DNA from: Candidatus Electronema aureum | GTDB lineage: Bacteria; Desulfobacterota; Desulfobulbia; Desulfobulbales; Desulfobulbaceae | Direction: 5' to 3' | NCBI GenBank assembly: GCA_004284765.1 | Contig: NQJD01000041.1 | Span: 1-21,483, forward strand | DNA: 21,483 bases | Shown: positions 13,866 to 21,483 of the stretch, piece by piece | Position numbering within the stretch: position 1 is the stretch's first letter | Layout of the letters: the number at the start of each line of letters is the position of its first letter | Translations under genes and position numbers: made by a program | Notes under the pieces: model-generated | Database searches by the model: none | Told to the model about the DNA's origin: nothing | What the model saw: only the letters and a program-made list of their open reading frames with translations

Positions 13866-14471
13866 ATGATGAATAATCAGCAAGATGAAATTCAAAATGG
13901 CAACGCTCGTCTTGCCAATCCCATCCGCTTTTGGCATATAGCGATAATTGTCCTCGCCTTGGCCGCTTTGTTGACCGGCGATTTGGCAGATGACTACAAG
14001 AAGGTTGAACATGTCGGTTTCCTTTTGCACAGCAACATCGGCGTGGCCGTATTCCTCACCCTCTGCTTCTATGTTGCCTACGGACTTTTCGGCCCACAGG
14101 AATTCCGTCTCTCGCGCTGGTTCCCTTTCACCAAAGAACGGCTGCGGCAAACTGGCAAGGATTTGGTCATGCTCACTAAATTCAAGCTGCCAGAACACAA
14201 GCGGCGGCAGGGATTAGCTGGATTGGTGCAATTTTTCGGCATCTTAGTCTTTTCTTGGCTTGCGACCACCGGCACCTTGATGTATTTTCTCATAGAGCCG
14301 GGGAGCAAGGCGCAGGGTTTCGTCCGCGCGGTCAAAGAGGCCCATGAAGTTGGCACTGCGCTGATTCCAGTTTATCTGGCTTTGCATATCGGAGCGGTGC
14401 TTGCACATTCGCTGACTGGACAGCACGTTTGGAAGGAAATCTTTTTCTTCAAAAATAGCACGATTGAATAA
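13866..14471 (+). CDS. Membrane b-type cytochrome, cytochrome b561 / Ni-Fe hydrogenase cytochrome-b-like family (201 aa, about 4 TM)
   Basis: There are four hydrophobic helices with His at helix ends in the family-typical layout: RFWHIAIIVLALAALLTGD, GFLLHSNIGVAVF, and KEAHEVGTALIPVYLALHIGAVLAH. The length is about 200 aa. The assignment rests on pattern recollection. Confidence 0.6.
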   Translation: MMNNQQDEIQNGNARLANPIRFWHIAIIVLALAALLTGDLADDYKKVEHVGFLLHSNIGVAVFLTLCFYVAYGLFGPQEFRLSRWFPFTKERLRQTGKDLVMLTKFKLPEHKRRQGLAGLVQFFGILVFSWLATTGTLMYFLIEPGSKAQGFVRAVKEAHEVGTALIPVYLALHIGAVLAHSLTGQHVWKEIFFFKNSTIE

Positions 14472-14486
14472 GTAGCAAGGGAAGCA

Positions 14487-15161
14487 ATGAAAATTCTGGT
14501 GGTGGAAGACGACAAGCGGTTAGCTGCCTTAGTGAAACGAGGGCTGGAGGAACATGCCTTTGTCGTTGATCTGTGCTATGACGGCGAAGAAGGGCTGTAT
14601 CAGGCCGAAACTTCTCCTTATGACGCGATTGTACTGGATGTGATGATGCCTAAGATGGACGGCTTCACTGTACTACGCAAGCTGCGCGAGCAGGGCAGAG
14701 AAGTACCGGTGATTATGCTCACTGCCAGAGGCGAGGTGGAAAATCGGGTCAAAGGGCTGAACACCGGCGCGGATGATTATTTAGCCAAACCCTTTGACTT
14801 TGCTGAACTGATTGCCCGACTGACCGCAGTGATTCGGCGGAACAAGGGACAAGCTGCCTCGCAGCTGTGTATTGCTGACCTCCACATTGATCTGAACGCT
14901 AAAACCATCGGCAGAGCGGGTATCGATATCCCGCTTTCCGCCAAAGAATACGCCATCCTTGAATATCTCGCCCTGAACAGAAATCGGGTAATTAGCCGCA
15001 CTGAGCTGTCTGAGCATGTTTATGACATGAATTTCGATCTCGACAGCAATATCATTGATGTTTATATCAACCGCTTGCGCAGAAAAATCGATAAAGATCG
15101 TGATCAGCCGCTGATTCAGACCAGAAGAGGCGAAGGCTATATCATTCGTGATGAGGCATAA
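14487..15161 (+). CDS. OmpR/PhoB-family response regulator, CusR/CopR-like subfamily (224 aa)
   Basis: The receiver domain shows MKILVVEDD, phospho-acceptor AIVLDVMMP, MLTAR and AKPF. The winged-helix C-terminus VYDMNFDLDSNIIDVYINRLRRKID...IQTRRGEGY closely resembles the CusR block WDMNFDSDTN.IDV...RLR.KID. Confidence 0.85.
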   Translation: MKILVVEDDKRLAALVKRGLEEHAFVVDLCYDGEEGLYQAETSPYDAIVLDVMMPKMDGFTVLRKLREQGREVPVIMLTARGEVENRVKGLNTGADDYLAKPFDFAELIARLTAVIRRNKGQAASQLCIADLHIDLNAKTIGRAGIDIPLSAKEYAILEYLALNRNRVISRTELSEHVYDMNFDLDSNIIDVYINRLRRKIDKDRDQPLIQTRRGEGYIIRDEA

Positions 15162-15163
15162 TC

Positions 15164-16573
15164 TTGGTACGTTCGATCAAAGGCAGGCTGCTCCTCTGGA
15201 TTTTCATCTCCATGACTGCTTTATTTGCCGCGTTAGGTTACGCGTTGCATTTTAAGCTCCATTACGTGGTGGAAGATTCAGTAGATAAGATGCTTCATGC
15301 CAGCTTGCAGTTTGTGAAAGGTTTAGTCCATAGTCATGATGGAAAAAATATCGAATGCGAATCGAATGAATTTATGCAAGGTGACTACATCACCCCTGAT
15401 TCAGGCCATTATTACCAAGTCTTCCTTAATGGAGAACTACTCGCAGCAGCAGATTCTCTGTTTGATAAAAATTTTAATCTCACTCCCGGCAAAGCAGAAT
15501 CGTACAATGCCAAAGCTCAGGAGTGGCTGTATCATTCAATAGGTCCTAACGACGAACCACTGCGGGTTATTCAGCATGATTTTGTCTATATGGATACGCC
15601 AGTGCGTGTAATTGTTGCCGAAAATATCAGCGAAAGCCTGCTTCTTATCCATCAGCTTATCAATTACTTCTTGCTTATTGTGCCGGTGATGATTGTTTTG
15701 ATCGGCATGATCAGCTTGGTCATTGCTGAGGTTTCACTGCGGCCTGTGCAGCATTTTTCCGCTGCCTTAGAGAAGATCAGCCACAAAAATTTAGAAGAGC
15801 GGATTCCAGTAAATAAACAAGCACGAGAGCTGCGCAGGCTGGCGGAGAAGTTCAATTCATTGCTGGAGCGACTGCACCGCGCTTTCGAGGCAGAAAAAAA
15901 TTTGCTCGGCGATGCTGCCCATGAGTTGAAAACCCCGCTGGCAGTCATCAAAGCGGAATGTGACATCGCCTTGCAGCGAGAACGAACAGCGGAGCAACAC
16001 GCGGCCAGCTTGAAAAACGTGCGGGAAGTGACGAATGGAATGCTCGGTCAGATCAACGGACTCCTGACCCTGACTCGGCTTGATTCTGGCTTGCTCGATG
16101 CTTCAGCCTTTGAACCGATTTCACTCACTGATTGCGTGGAGGATGCGGCCTTGTTAGCCAAGTCTTTAGCTACAAAGAAGAACGTTGCTATCAGTTCCTC
16201 ATTGAACGGTGAACTGAGCGTACTGGGTGATCAAGACAGTTTGACTGAAGCGGTGCTGAACTTAGTTGAAAATGCGATAAAATACAATCATCCCGGTGGA
16301 TTTGTTGCCGTGGAGTTAAACCGCCGGGACAACAAAGCGGAAATCAAGGTCAGCGACACCGGCATCGGCATCAGCGAGCAGGATCAAGAGCGCATCTTTG
16401 ACCGTTTCTACCGCTCTGACGCTGCCCGCAGTAGCCAAGACGGCAGCGGTCTTGGTTTAAGCATTGTGCAAGCAATTGTGCAAGCCCATCACGGCGAGAT
16501 TGCTGTTGAAGCGCAAAGCACCGGTGGTAGTCGTTTCACGATCACACTGCCTTTGGTGACAAAGACCGTTTGA
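15164..16573 (+). CDS. Sensor histidine kinase (469 aa): two TM helices flanking a ~130-aa periplasmic domain, then HAMP, HisKA and HATPase_c
   Basis: TM1 is LLLWIFISMTALFAALGYAL and TM2 is YFLLIVPVMIVLIGMISLVIA. The H-box is AAHELKTPLAVI, the N-box is LVENAIKYN, G1 is DTGIGI and G2 is GSGLGLSIV. The TTG start at 15164 lies 2 nt after the response-regulator stop, and its N-terminus SIKGRLLLW is typical of this kinase class. Confidence 0.85.
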   Translation: MVRSIKGRLLLWIFISMTALFAALGYALHFKLHYVVEDSVDKMLHASLQFVKGLVHSHDGKNIECESNEFMQGDYITPDSGHYYQVFLNGELLAAADSLFDKNFNLTPGKAESYNAKAQEWLYHSIGPNDEPLRVIQHDFVYMDTPVRVIVAENISESLLLIHQLINYFLLIVPVMIVLIGMISLVIAEVSLRPVQHFSAALEKISHKNLEERIPVNKQARELRRLAEKFNSLLERLHRAFEAEKNLLGDAAHELKTPLAVIKAECDIALQRERTAEQHAASLKNVREVTNGMLGQINGLLTLTRLDSGLLDASAFEPISLTDCVEDAALLAKSLATKKNVAISSSLNGELSVLGDQDSLTEAVLNLVENAIKYNHPGGFVAVELNRRDNKAEIKVSDTGIGISEQDQERIFDRFYRSDAARSSQDGSGLGLSIVQAIVQAHHGEIAVEAQSTGGSRFTITLPLVTKTV

Positions 16574-16576
16574 ACA

Positions 16577-17413
16577 TCACATTCCACAGGCTTCTCGTTC
16601 AGAATCGGTCAGCTCGATAATAGTGGGGTTTTCGCCGCAAACTGGGCAATCGGGCCGTTTTCTCAGGATGATCCGGCGAAAATTCATGGTCTTGGCATCA
16701 AAGCTCAAGAGGCTATCGGTGAGCAGTGTGCCTGCACCGGTAATAAATTTGAGGGCTTCGGCAGCCTGAATGGTACCGAGCATCCCGGCTACTGCGCCCA
16801 GCACTCCGGCCTGTGAGCAGCTTGGTACGGATTTGGCGGGCGGCGGTTCGTGAAAGCAGCAGCGATAGCAAGCGGTGCGACCGGGCAGCACGGTCATCGT
16901 CTGGCCGTCAAAGCGGAGTATGCCGCCGTGCGAGAAAGGAATACCCGCCAGTACGCAGGCATCATTGATGAGAAATTTAGTGGCAAAATTGTCTGTGCCA
17001 TCGATGACAAAATCATATTGCCGGATGATGTTATCGATATTCGAGGCATCCAAGTAGAGCAGCCACGGCTCCACCTTAACTTCTGGGTTGATGGCCTTCA
17101 GCTTGGCCTCTGCTGATTCGACTTTAGGCCGGTTGAGATCAGCGGTAGTATGAATGATCTGCCGCTGAAGATTGGAGATATCAACTACATCAGCATCAAC
17201 CAAACCAATAGTTCCCACACCGGCAGCGGCAAGATACAACGAAACAGGCGAGCCAAGGCCGCCTGTTCCCACCACCAGCACTCTGGACTGTAGCAACTTA
17301 ATCTGACCTTCTGGCCCCACCTCTTTGAGAATCAGGTGACGGCTGTAGCGGTCCATTTGCTCGTCGGTCAGATTCATTGAAGCATCTGCTGTTCCGAATG
17401 TGCTGCTGGGCAT
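16577..17413 (-). CDS. thiF: ThiF/MoeB/HesA-family adenylyltransferase (E1-like), 278 aa from ATG 17413 (alternative start at 17377)
   Basis: YSRHLIL, the nucleotide loop VLVVGTGGLGSP, and the block LVDADVVDISNLQRQ are present. Two Cys pairs (CYRCC and CPVC) form the family zinc site. A ThiS-like GG protein lies directly upstream. ThiF versus MoeB cannot be resolved by eye. Confidence 0.75.
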   Translation of the reverse strand: MPSSTFGTADASMNLTDEQMDRYSRHLILKEVGPEGQIKLLQSRVLVVGTGGLGSPVSLYLAAAGVGTIGLVDADVVDISNLQRQIIHTTADLNRPKVESAEAKLKAINPEVKVEPWLLYLDASNIDNIIRQYDFVIDGTDNFATKFLINDACVLAGIPFSHGGILRFDGQTMTVLPGRTACYRCCFHEPPPAKSVPSCSQAGVLGAVAGMLGTIQAAEALKFITGAGTLLTDSLLSFDAKTMNFRRIILRKRPDCPVCGENPTIIELTDSEREACGM

Positions 17414-17465
17414 AATTAGTTTTTGTTGAAGAATAAAAATAAATGTCAGTGTGCGGGCCGTCTGA

Positions 17466-17672
17466 TCAACCTCCGGCCATAAAATAAAGCAGGTCAACTT
17501 GGTTACTGTCGCCAACCATCGTGTCGTGATAAGAACAACGATGCACGATTTCGCCATCGATCTGCACTGCTACCATTTCTGGTGACGGCACTTGCTCCAT
17601 CTCCAGCAGACCAGCTACGGTCAGGTTGGCCGCGTTGATGAAGCGCGGTTCTCCGTTCAGCCTGATTTCCAT
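17466..17672 (-). CDS. thiS: ThiS-family sulfur-carrier protein (68 aa, C-terminal Gly-Gly)
   Basis: The sequence MEIRLNGEPRFI....TVAGLL.......MVAVQIDGEIVHR..........NQVDLLYFMAGG* has the ThiS length, the NG motif and a terminal GG. The RBS is GGAGGAG. Confidence 0.75.
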   Translation of the reverse strand: MEIRLNGEPRFINAANLTVAGLLEMEQVPSPEMVAVQIDGEIVHRCSYHDTMVGDSNQVDLLYFMAGG

Positions 17673-17960
17673 AATTTTTCTCCTCCAGAAAATTAATGGC
17701 TTAGGTAGGCATCCTCTTCTTTCTCCAGTATAATCACATTGATTACAAGGACATATATTTACTACTTAACAATGCGGCAGACGTGAAGTCAAGGGAAAAA
17801 GAGTGGTTCCTTGATTATCTTTCTGCCGAGCAGGGGAACAGTTTGCTGCCTGTAAAGATACAATTTATGATACTCTGAAGCAAGAGGGATTGCAATATTT
17901 GAACGGATTGTCCTGCTGATCTGCCCGGCGGCCAACCGGGCAAGGCGGAGAACAGCGCAA

Positions 17961-18695
17961 TTACTGAAGTACCGCGCGGGCCTTGAGCGACTGCGGCGGA
18001 CGATTGTTTGGTCCCCCCAGCAATTCACTGAACTGTTTGACCTGTGCTTCTGATGTCGCAACCTGATTTTTCAGGATCAGCCAGAGTACGCCTTCAGTAC
18101 AGGGCGGCGTGGTCAGTGAGCCAGTGACCCGGTAATACTCCCGATTTTCCGGGAGCAGTTTGTCCGCCCGTACCTGAGTAGCCATGCCTACCTCTTGACC
18201 GGCTTCTGTTGGCATTTGCTGCCAGAGCTTTTTCAGAGCGAAATTTTCCTCGCCCAAGTTGTACAGAACTGAAATTACTGCAAGCTGGCCGTTGGCATCA
18301 GCATGGACGAACTGAGCTTCCAGCGGGAAGCTCTCGCCATCGATCTGATGTTCGCTGGGTGTGTGAAAATCAATCTGCTTCAGCTCGTAGCTCCTGCCGC
18401 CCAACGTGATAAACGAACCCGCTGAGTAATCAGCTTGAACCGTGCTGTTTGTCCGCCGCAGCTTGGTAACTAACCCACTGTAGTCAAAAGAAATCGGCTC
18501 AAGTTCGGCCTCAATAAAACCGGTCAGGTTGACCGGCGACTGATTGGCCCTCTGAGCGCAGAGCGCAAAAGATGGATCGAGTGCGGCCCAGTGTTCTGGG
18601 CCGTTTTCACCGGCATAGCCCCATTGTCCCTCGGCAGCGCACGCAGTTCCCGCCAGCAGAACCAAGGCAGCAGCGGCGGGCAGCATTTTTTTCAT
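17961..18695 (-). CDS. Secreted alpha-carbonic-anhydrase family protein with a non-canonical metal triad (244 aa)
   Basis: Signal peptide MKKMLPAAAALVLLAGTACAA is followed by the alpha-CA blocks WGYAGENGPEHW, NQSPVN, PSEH and GSLTTPPCTEGV. The zinc-ligand positions read KQIDFH (family FHFH) and EAQFVH (family EAHFVH). The RBS AGGAGAAGGA lies 22 nt after the gap stop. Confidence 0.85.
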   Translation of the reverse strand: MKKMLPAAAALVLLAGTACAAEGQWGYAGENGPEHWAALDPSFALCAQRANQSPVNLTGFIEAELEPISFDYSGLVTKLRRTNSTVQADYSAGSFITLGGRSYELKQIDFHTPSEHQIDGESFPLEAQFVHADANGQLAVISVLYNLGEENFALKKLWQQMPTEAGQEVGMATQVRADKLLPENREYYRVTGSLTTPPCTEGVLWLILKNQVATSEAQVKQFSELLGGPNNRPPQSLKARAVLQ

Positions 18696-18717
18696 ATCCT
18701 TCTCCTGATACCTTCTT

Positions 18718-19725
18718 TTATAACGCCTTGTTGGCATTCATGTGCAGGACGAGGTCCAGCATCCGATTGGAATAGCCCCATTCGTTGTCGTACCAGCTCA
18801 TCACCTTGACCGAAGTACCCATGACCTTAGTGCAGAGTCCGTCAACAATGGAGGAATGCGGATCGCCCTGAAAATCGATAGAAACCAACGGTTCCTCGCA
18901 GTAGCGCAAGAATCGTCCGGCGGCTTCTTGGAGAGCCTTGTTCACCTCTGCAACCGAGGTTTCTTTCTCCACTTCCATCACCACATCGACCAGTGAGACA
19001 TTGGGAGTTGGCACCCGCACGGCCAAGCCATCAAACTTGTTTTTCAACTCCGGGATAACCAAGGCTACCGCTGAGGCCGCACCGGTCTTAGTCGGAATCA
19101 TCGACAACCCAGCTGCCCGCGCCCGCCGCAGGTCAGAATGAGGGAAATCAAGCAGTCGTTGATCACCGGTATACGCATGAATGGTGGTCATCAGGCCGCG
19201 TTTGATGCCAAAATTGTCCAAGATCACTCGCGCTACCGGAGCAAGGCAGTTGGTGGTGCAGGAGGCGTTAGAAATCACGTGATGCGTGGTGGGATCATAT
19301 TCGTCTTCATTCACGCCCATAACGATAGTTTTGACATCCGCTCCCTTGGCCGGAGCAGAGATGATCACCTTGGCCGCGCCTGCATCGATGTGGGCCTTGG
19401 CAGTCTCACTGCTGCAAAAGATACCCGTGCATTCGAGGACATATTCCACGCCCATCTCGCCCCAAGGGATGTCAGCCGGATTGCGATGGTTCGTGATCGG
19501 AATTTCCTTGCCGTTGACCGTGATACTGCGCTCGCCCGCTTTGATGTCAGCGGCAAACACGCCCATGACTGAATCGTATTTAAGCAAATGGGCGATGGTC
19601 TTGACATCGGTAAGATCGTTGATGCCTGCCACCTCAATCTCTGCAAAGTCTTTATCTTGGCTGATCGCCCGAAAAATATTTCTGCCGATCCGGCCTAAAC
19701 CGTTGATGCCGATTTTAATGCTCAT
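18718..19725 (-). CDS. gap: Type I glyceraldehyde-3-phosphate dehydrogenase (335 aa)
   Basis: INGLGRIGRN forms the Rossmann N-terminus. The active site is SNASCTTNCLAP. The C-terminal block is WYDNEWGYSNR. The start ATG at 19725 follows the RBS AAGGAG. Confidence 0.92.
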   Translation of the reverse strand: MSIKIGINGLGRIGRNIFRAISQDKDFAEIEVAGINDLTDVKTIAHLLKYDSVMGVFAADIKAGERSITVNGKEIPITNHRNPADIPWGEMGVEYVLECTGIFCSSETAKAHIDAGAAKVIISAPAKGADVKTIVMGVNEDEYDPTTHHVISNASCTTNCLAPVARVILDNFGIKRGLMTTIHAYTGDQRLLDFPHSDLRRARAAGLSMIPTKTGAASAVALVIPELKNKFDGLAVRVPTPNVSLVDVVMEVEKETSVAEVNKALQEAAGRFLRYCEEPLVSIDFQGDPHSSIVDGLCTKVMGTSVKVMSWYDNEWGYSNRMLDLVLHMNANKAL

Positions 19726-19864
19726 GGCTCTGCTCCTTTTTTTGTGGTTATGCTGTGTCGTGCTTCCCAACCGGGAAAATGATTACAGAACAGCAGGGCG
19801 GAAGTCAACAACTTTGTGCAGCGGAGTAAGGAAGGGGTGACGCTGGAAGAAAAAAATCTGCGGC

Positions 19865-19895
19865 AAGTAAAGAAGGGGACAGCATTTCTGTCCCC
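19865..19895 (-). terminator. Intrinsic terminator of the SGNH hydrolase gene (minus strand)
   Basis: On the minus strand, GGGGACAG / CTGTCCCC (19895-19875) form an 8-bp stem with a 5-nt loop. This is followed by TTCTTTACTT and starts 8 nt after the stop at 19904. Confidence 0.6.
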
Positions 19896-19903
19896 GTACC
19901 GGT

Positions 19904-21223
19904 TCAGTTTGTTGACTGTTTTCTTTTGAAGATGCTGCGGGACTTTTCAAAGGCACCACTATCAAAAAAAACGGGTGATGGACTGAAAACTTTGTTAGCA
20001 AGCGCATCTGCGGCAGCAATCGGGCCGAGATCAATCGGCTGAATTCCGGCGGCAAAATTTTCGTTCAGGGTTTTAATCATTTCATTGGCGATCACGCCAT
20101 GCCCTAATTTTGTGGGATGAATACCATCTTTGGAAATAAGCCCTCCGTCATAGGCCAGCGTATAATGTTTGCCCTCGACAATAATCCCATTCCCTTGATT
20201 AACCAGAAAAAAATGCTTCTTGGCAGGCACCACCGCCATATTGCCGTGTTGTAGATTTTCAAAAAGCGTATCGAAATTCATCACGGCAACATTGTCATGC
20301 TGGCTTGCAATCCGCCTGATTGCAGCGTTAAACACCTTTGTGTGATTACTGATCTCATTAATTTCATCCTGAGTCAATATATCACCGACACATTGATATG
20401 AAGGACTGGAGGTGTTAGGACATTTCGTGAGAGCTGTGCTACTTTGAATCTTTTTTGCTCCGGTAAGCGTGATAAAGTCAGATGACTGAAGTTTATATTC
20501 AGTTTTATCCTCATTAAAGGCAGGATAAGTAATAGTCTCCGGGAAAATTTTACGAATTGGCACCAAGAAAGGAATATTGGCGACATCAGGTATGGTGGAG
20601 ACGACAACTGTCCTGTTGGCATCTGCGGCAAGTTTATCAACCATCTCTTCATACATTGTCTCAAAAGAGACCGCCGGAGTTTTTAACGCAATATTTGCAT
20701 AGATTGCTGCGCCCAGTATATCATTATTTCCGATCATCACTGCTAGTATAGTGGGATTTTCCTTTAACACATAATCTACAGGGGTTGTATCGCCATAGGT
20801 AACAAAATATTGCCCCATGACAAGTTGCGTAACTGAATTTTTTGCCAGCAATGCTGAATAATTATTTTCCATATCGGCCAATGTATAGCCTGGAACAGCA
20901 AGATTATCCGGCTTTGGCGCATAAAAAGGAAGTAACAATTCTGTCTCGGCCTGATCAGCAACCAGCTTAGGCCAAGAGTGAATCACCAGTGCTTGATCAA
21001 CTTGTGGTATCTCTGTTCCATCAGGTCGTTTGTAGCCAGCCATGTAGCCAAATGGAATTGAATCCCCCAGCACCATGAAGGAAGAAAAATTTGCCTTGAT
21101 AGGCTGCATTTTGGCATTTTTTGCGAGCAAATTTTCTTTTGCATTTACGTTCTGAAGTACTATGACTCCAGTCAAAATAAGACCTGCTACCGCAAAACAA
21201 AATGTTTCTTTTGCAACCTGCAT
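19904..21223 (-). CDS. Secreted or membrane-anchored SGNH/GDSL-family hydrolase (439 aa)
   Basis: The N-terminal hydrophobic segment is FCFAVAGLILTGVIVLQNVNA. Block I is FMVLGDSIPFGY, block III is VMIGNNDILG and block V is DGIHPT. The RBS is AAGGAGAAAG. Confidence 0.75.
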   Translation of the reverse strand: MQVAKETFCFAVAGLILTGVIVLQNVNAKENLLAKNAKMQPIKANFSSFMVLGDSIPFGYMAGYKRPDGTEIPQVDQALVIHSWPKLVADQAETELLLPFYAPKPDNLAVPGYTLADMENNYSALLAKNSVTQLVMGQYFVTYGDTTPVDYVLKENPTILAVMIGNNDILGAAIYANIALKTPAVSFETMYEEMVDKLAADANRTVVVSTIPDVANIPFLVPIRKIFPETITYPAFNEDKTEYKLQSSDFITLTGAKKIQSSTALTKCPNTSSPSYQCVGDILTQDEINEISNHTKVFNAAIRRIASQHDNVAVMNFDTLFENLQHGNMAVVPAKKHFFLVNQGNGIIVEGKHYTLAYDGGLISKDGIHPTKLGHGVIANEMIKTLNENFAAGIQPIDLGPIAAADALANKVFSPSPVFFDSGAFEKSRSIFKRKQSTN

Positions 21224-21483
21224 ATTCTTTCTCCTTTTATTGGGACGAGATGAGTTAACGAATTATGACCACTTTTACAAAACGATTTTCTCGGTAATAG
21301 AGATCTGTGAGTGATCAATGAAATAAAATACAATCGTTGTAGTGATTAATAAATCACCAAACAGATGCAGTTAAGTTTTCAATGCTTCTCGAAAACGACA
21401 ATGTCTTCCTGACTAATGCCGACACTCTCTGCCTGAATGTTAAATTAATCCTTTCGATATGACTTGTTTTTCCGCTTCCTTTA

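Noticed and set aside
17414-17557. The upstream extension of the thiF ORF, which overlaps thiS
   Set aside because: It would overlap the thiS 3' end by about 90 nt and would add non-homologous sequence ahead of the conserved YSRHLIL start region.
17922-17942. A GC-rich 7-bp hairpin (TGCCCGG/CCGGGCA) after the CA-like gene, considered as a terminator
   Set aside because: The stem is short, no U-tract follows on the minus strand, and the loop can pair alternatively. The evidence is too weak to call.
17673-17960. A possible TPP or Moco riboswitch upstream of thiS
   Set aside because: I could not find the conserved thi-box or Moco core sequences by eye on the correct strand. The region is left unannotated pending a covariance-model scan.
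17789-18061. A 90-aa minus-strand ORF spanning the CA-like gene 3' end and the intergenic region
   Set aside because: It overlaps a supported gene out of frame, is Arg/Ser-rich, and has no RBS or motifs.
21342-21357. The palindrome GTGATTAATAAATCAC upstream of the SGNH hydrolase gene, considered as an operator
   Set aside because: Arms of only 6 bp in an AT-rich region are likely to occur by chance, and there is no second copy in the window.

Overview
A 21.5-kb bacterial chromosomal segment of Gram-negative type (Sec signal peptides, periplasmic and ABC components). Its composition is visibly mosaic, with high-GC blocks at about 1-2375 and 4290-6292 and lower GC elsewhere. From left to right: (1) the 3' end of an IS110/IS1111-family insertion sequence, followed by a 300-nt non-coding tail that holds a perfect 28-bp palindrome. 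(2) A phosphate-operon remnant, pstB / ArsC-type LMW phosphatase / phoU. (3) A secreted M6 (InhA-like) metalloprotease and asnB. (4) On the minus strand, a lone livH-like permease, a UPF0316/DUF2179 membrane protein, and a 906-aa DHH/DHHA1-CBS-poly(A) polymerase/CCA-family fusion. (5) The most interesting region, about 10.7-16.6 kb, has nine co-directional genes. They encode six small Sec-secreted proteins of two unusual families, a 4-TM b-type cytochrome, and a CusR/CopR-like two-component system. Family A is purely low-complexity His/Tyr/Asn/Arg/Asp chains. Family B is a His/Glu/Tyr/Gly linker plus a ~65-aa domain present five times. Three of the small genes carry near-identical promoters with a TTCATC-N5-TTCATC direct repeat and an extended -10. 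(6) On the minus strand, thiS-thiF, then a gap operon whose second gene is an alpha-carbonic-anhydrase homologue with two of its three zinc-ligand histidines replaced, then a secreted SGNH hydrolase. I saw no rRNA, tRNA or CRISPR array. All calls rest on reading motifs by eye; no database search was possible.
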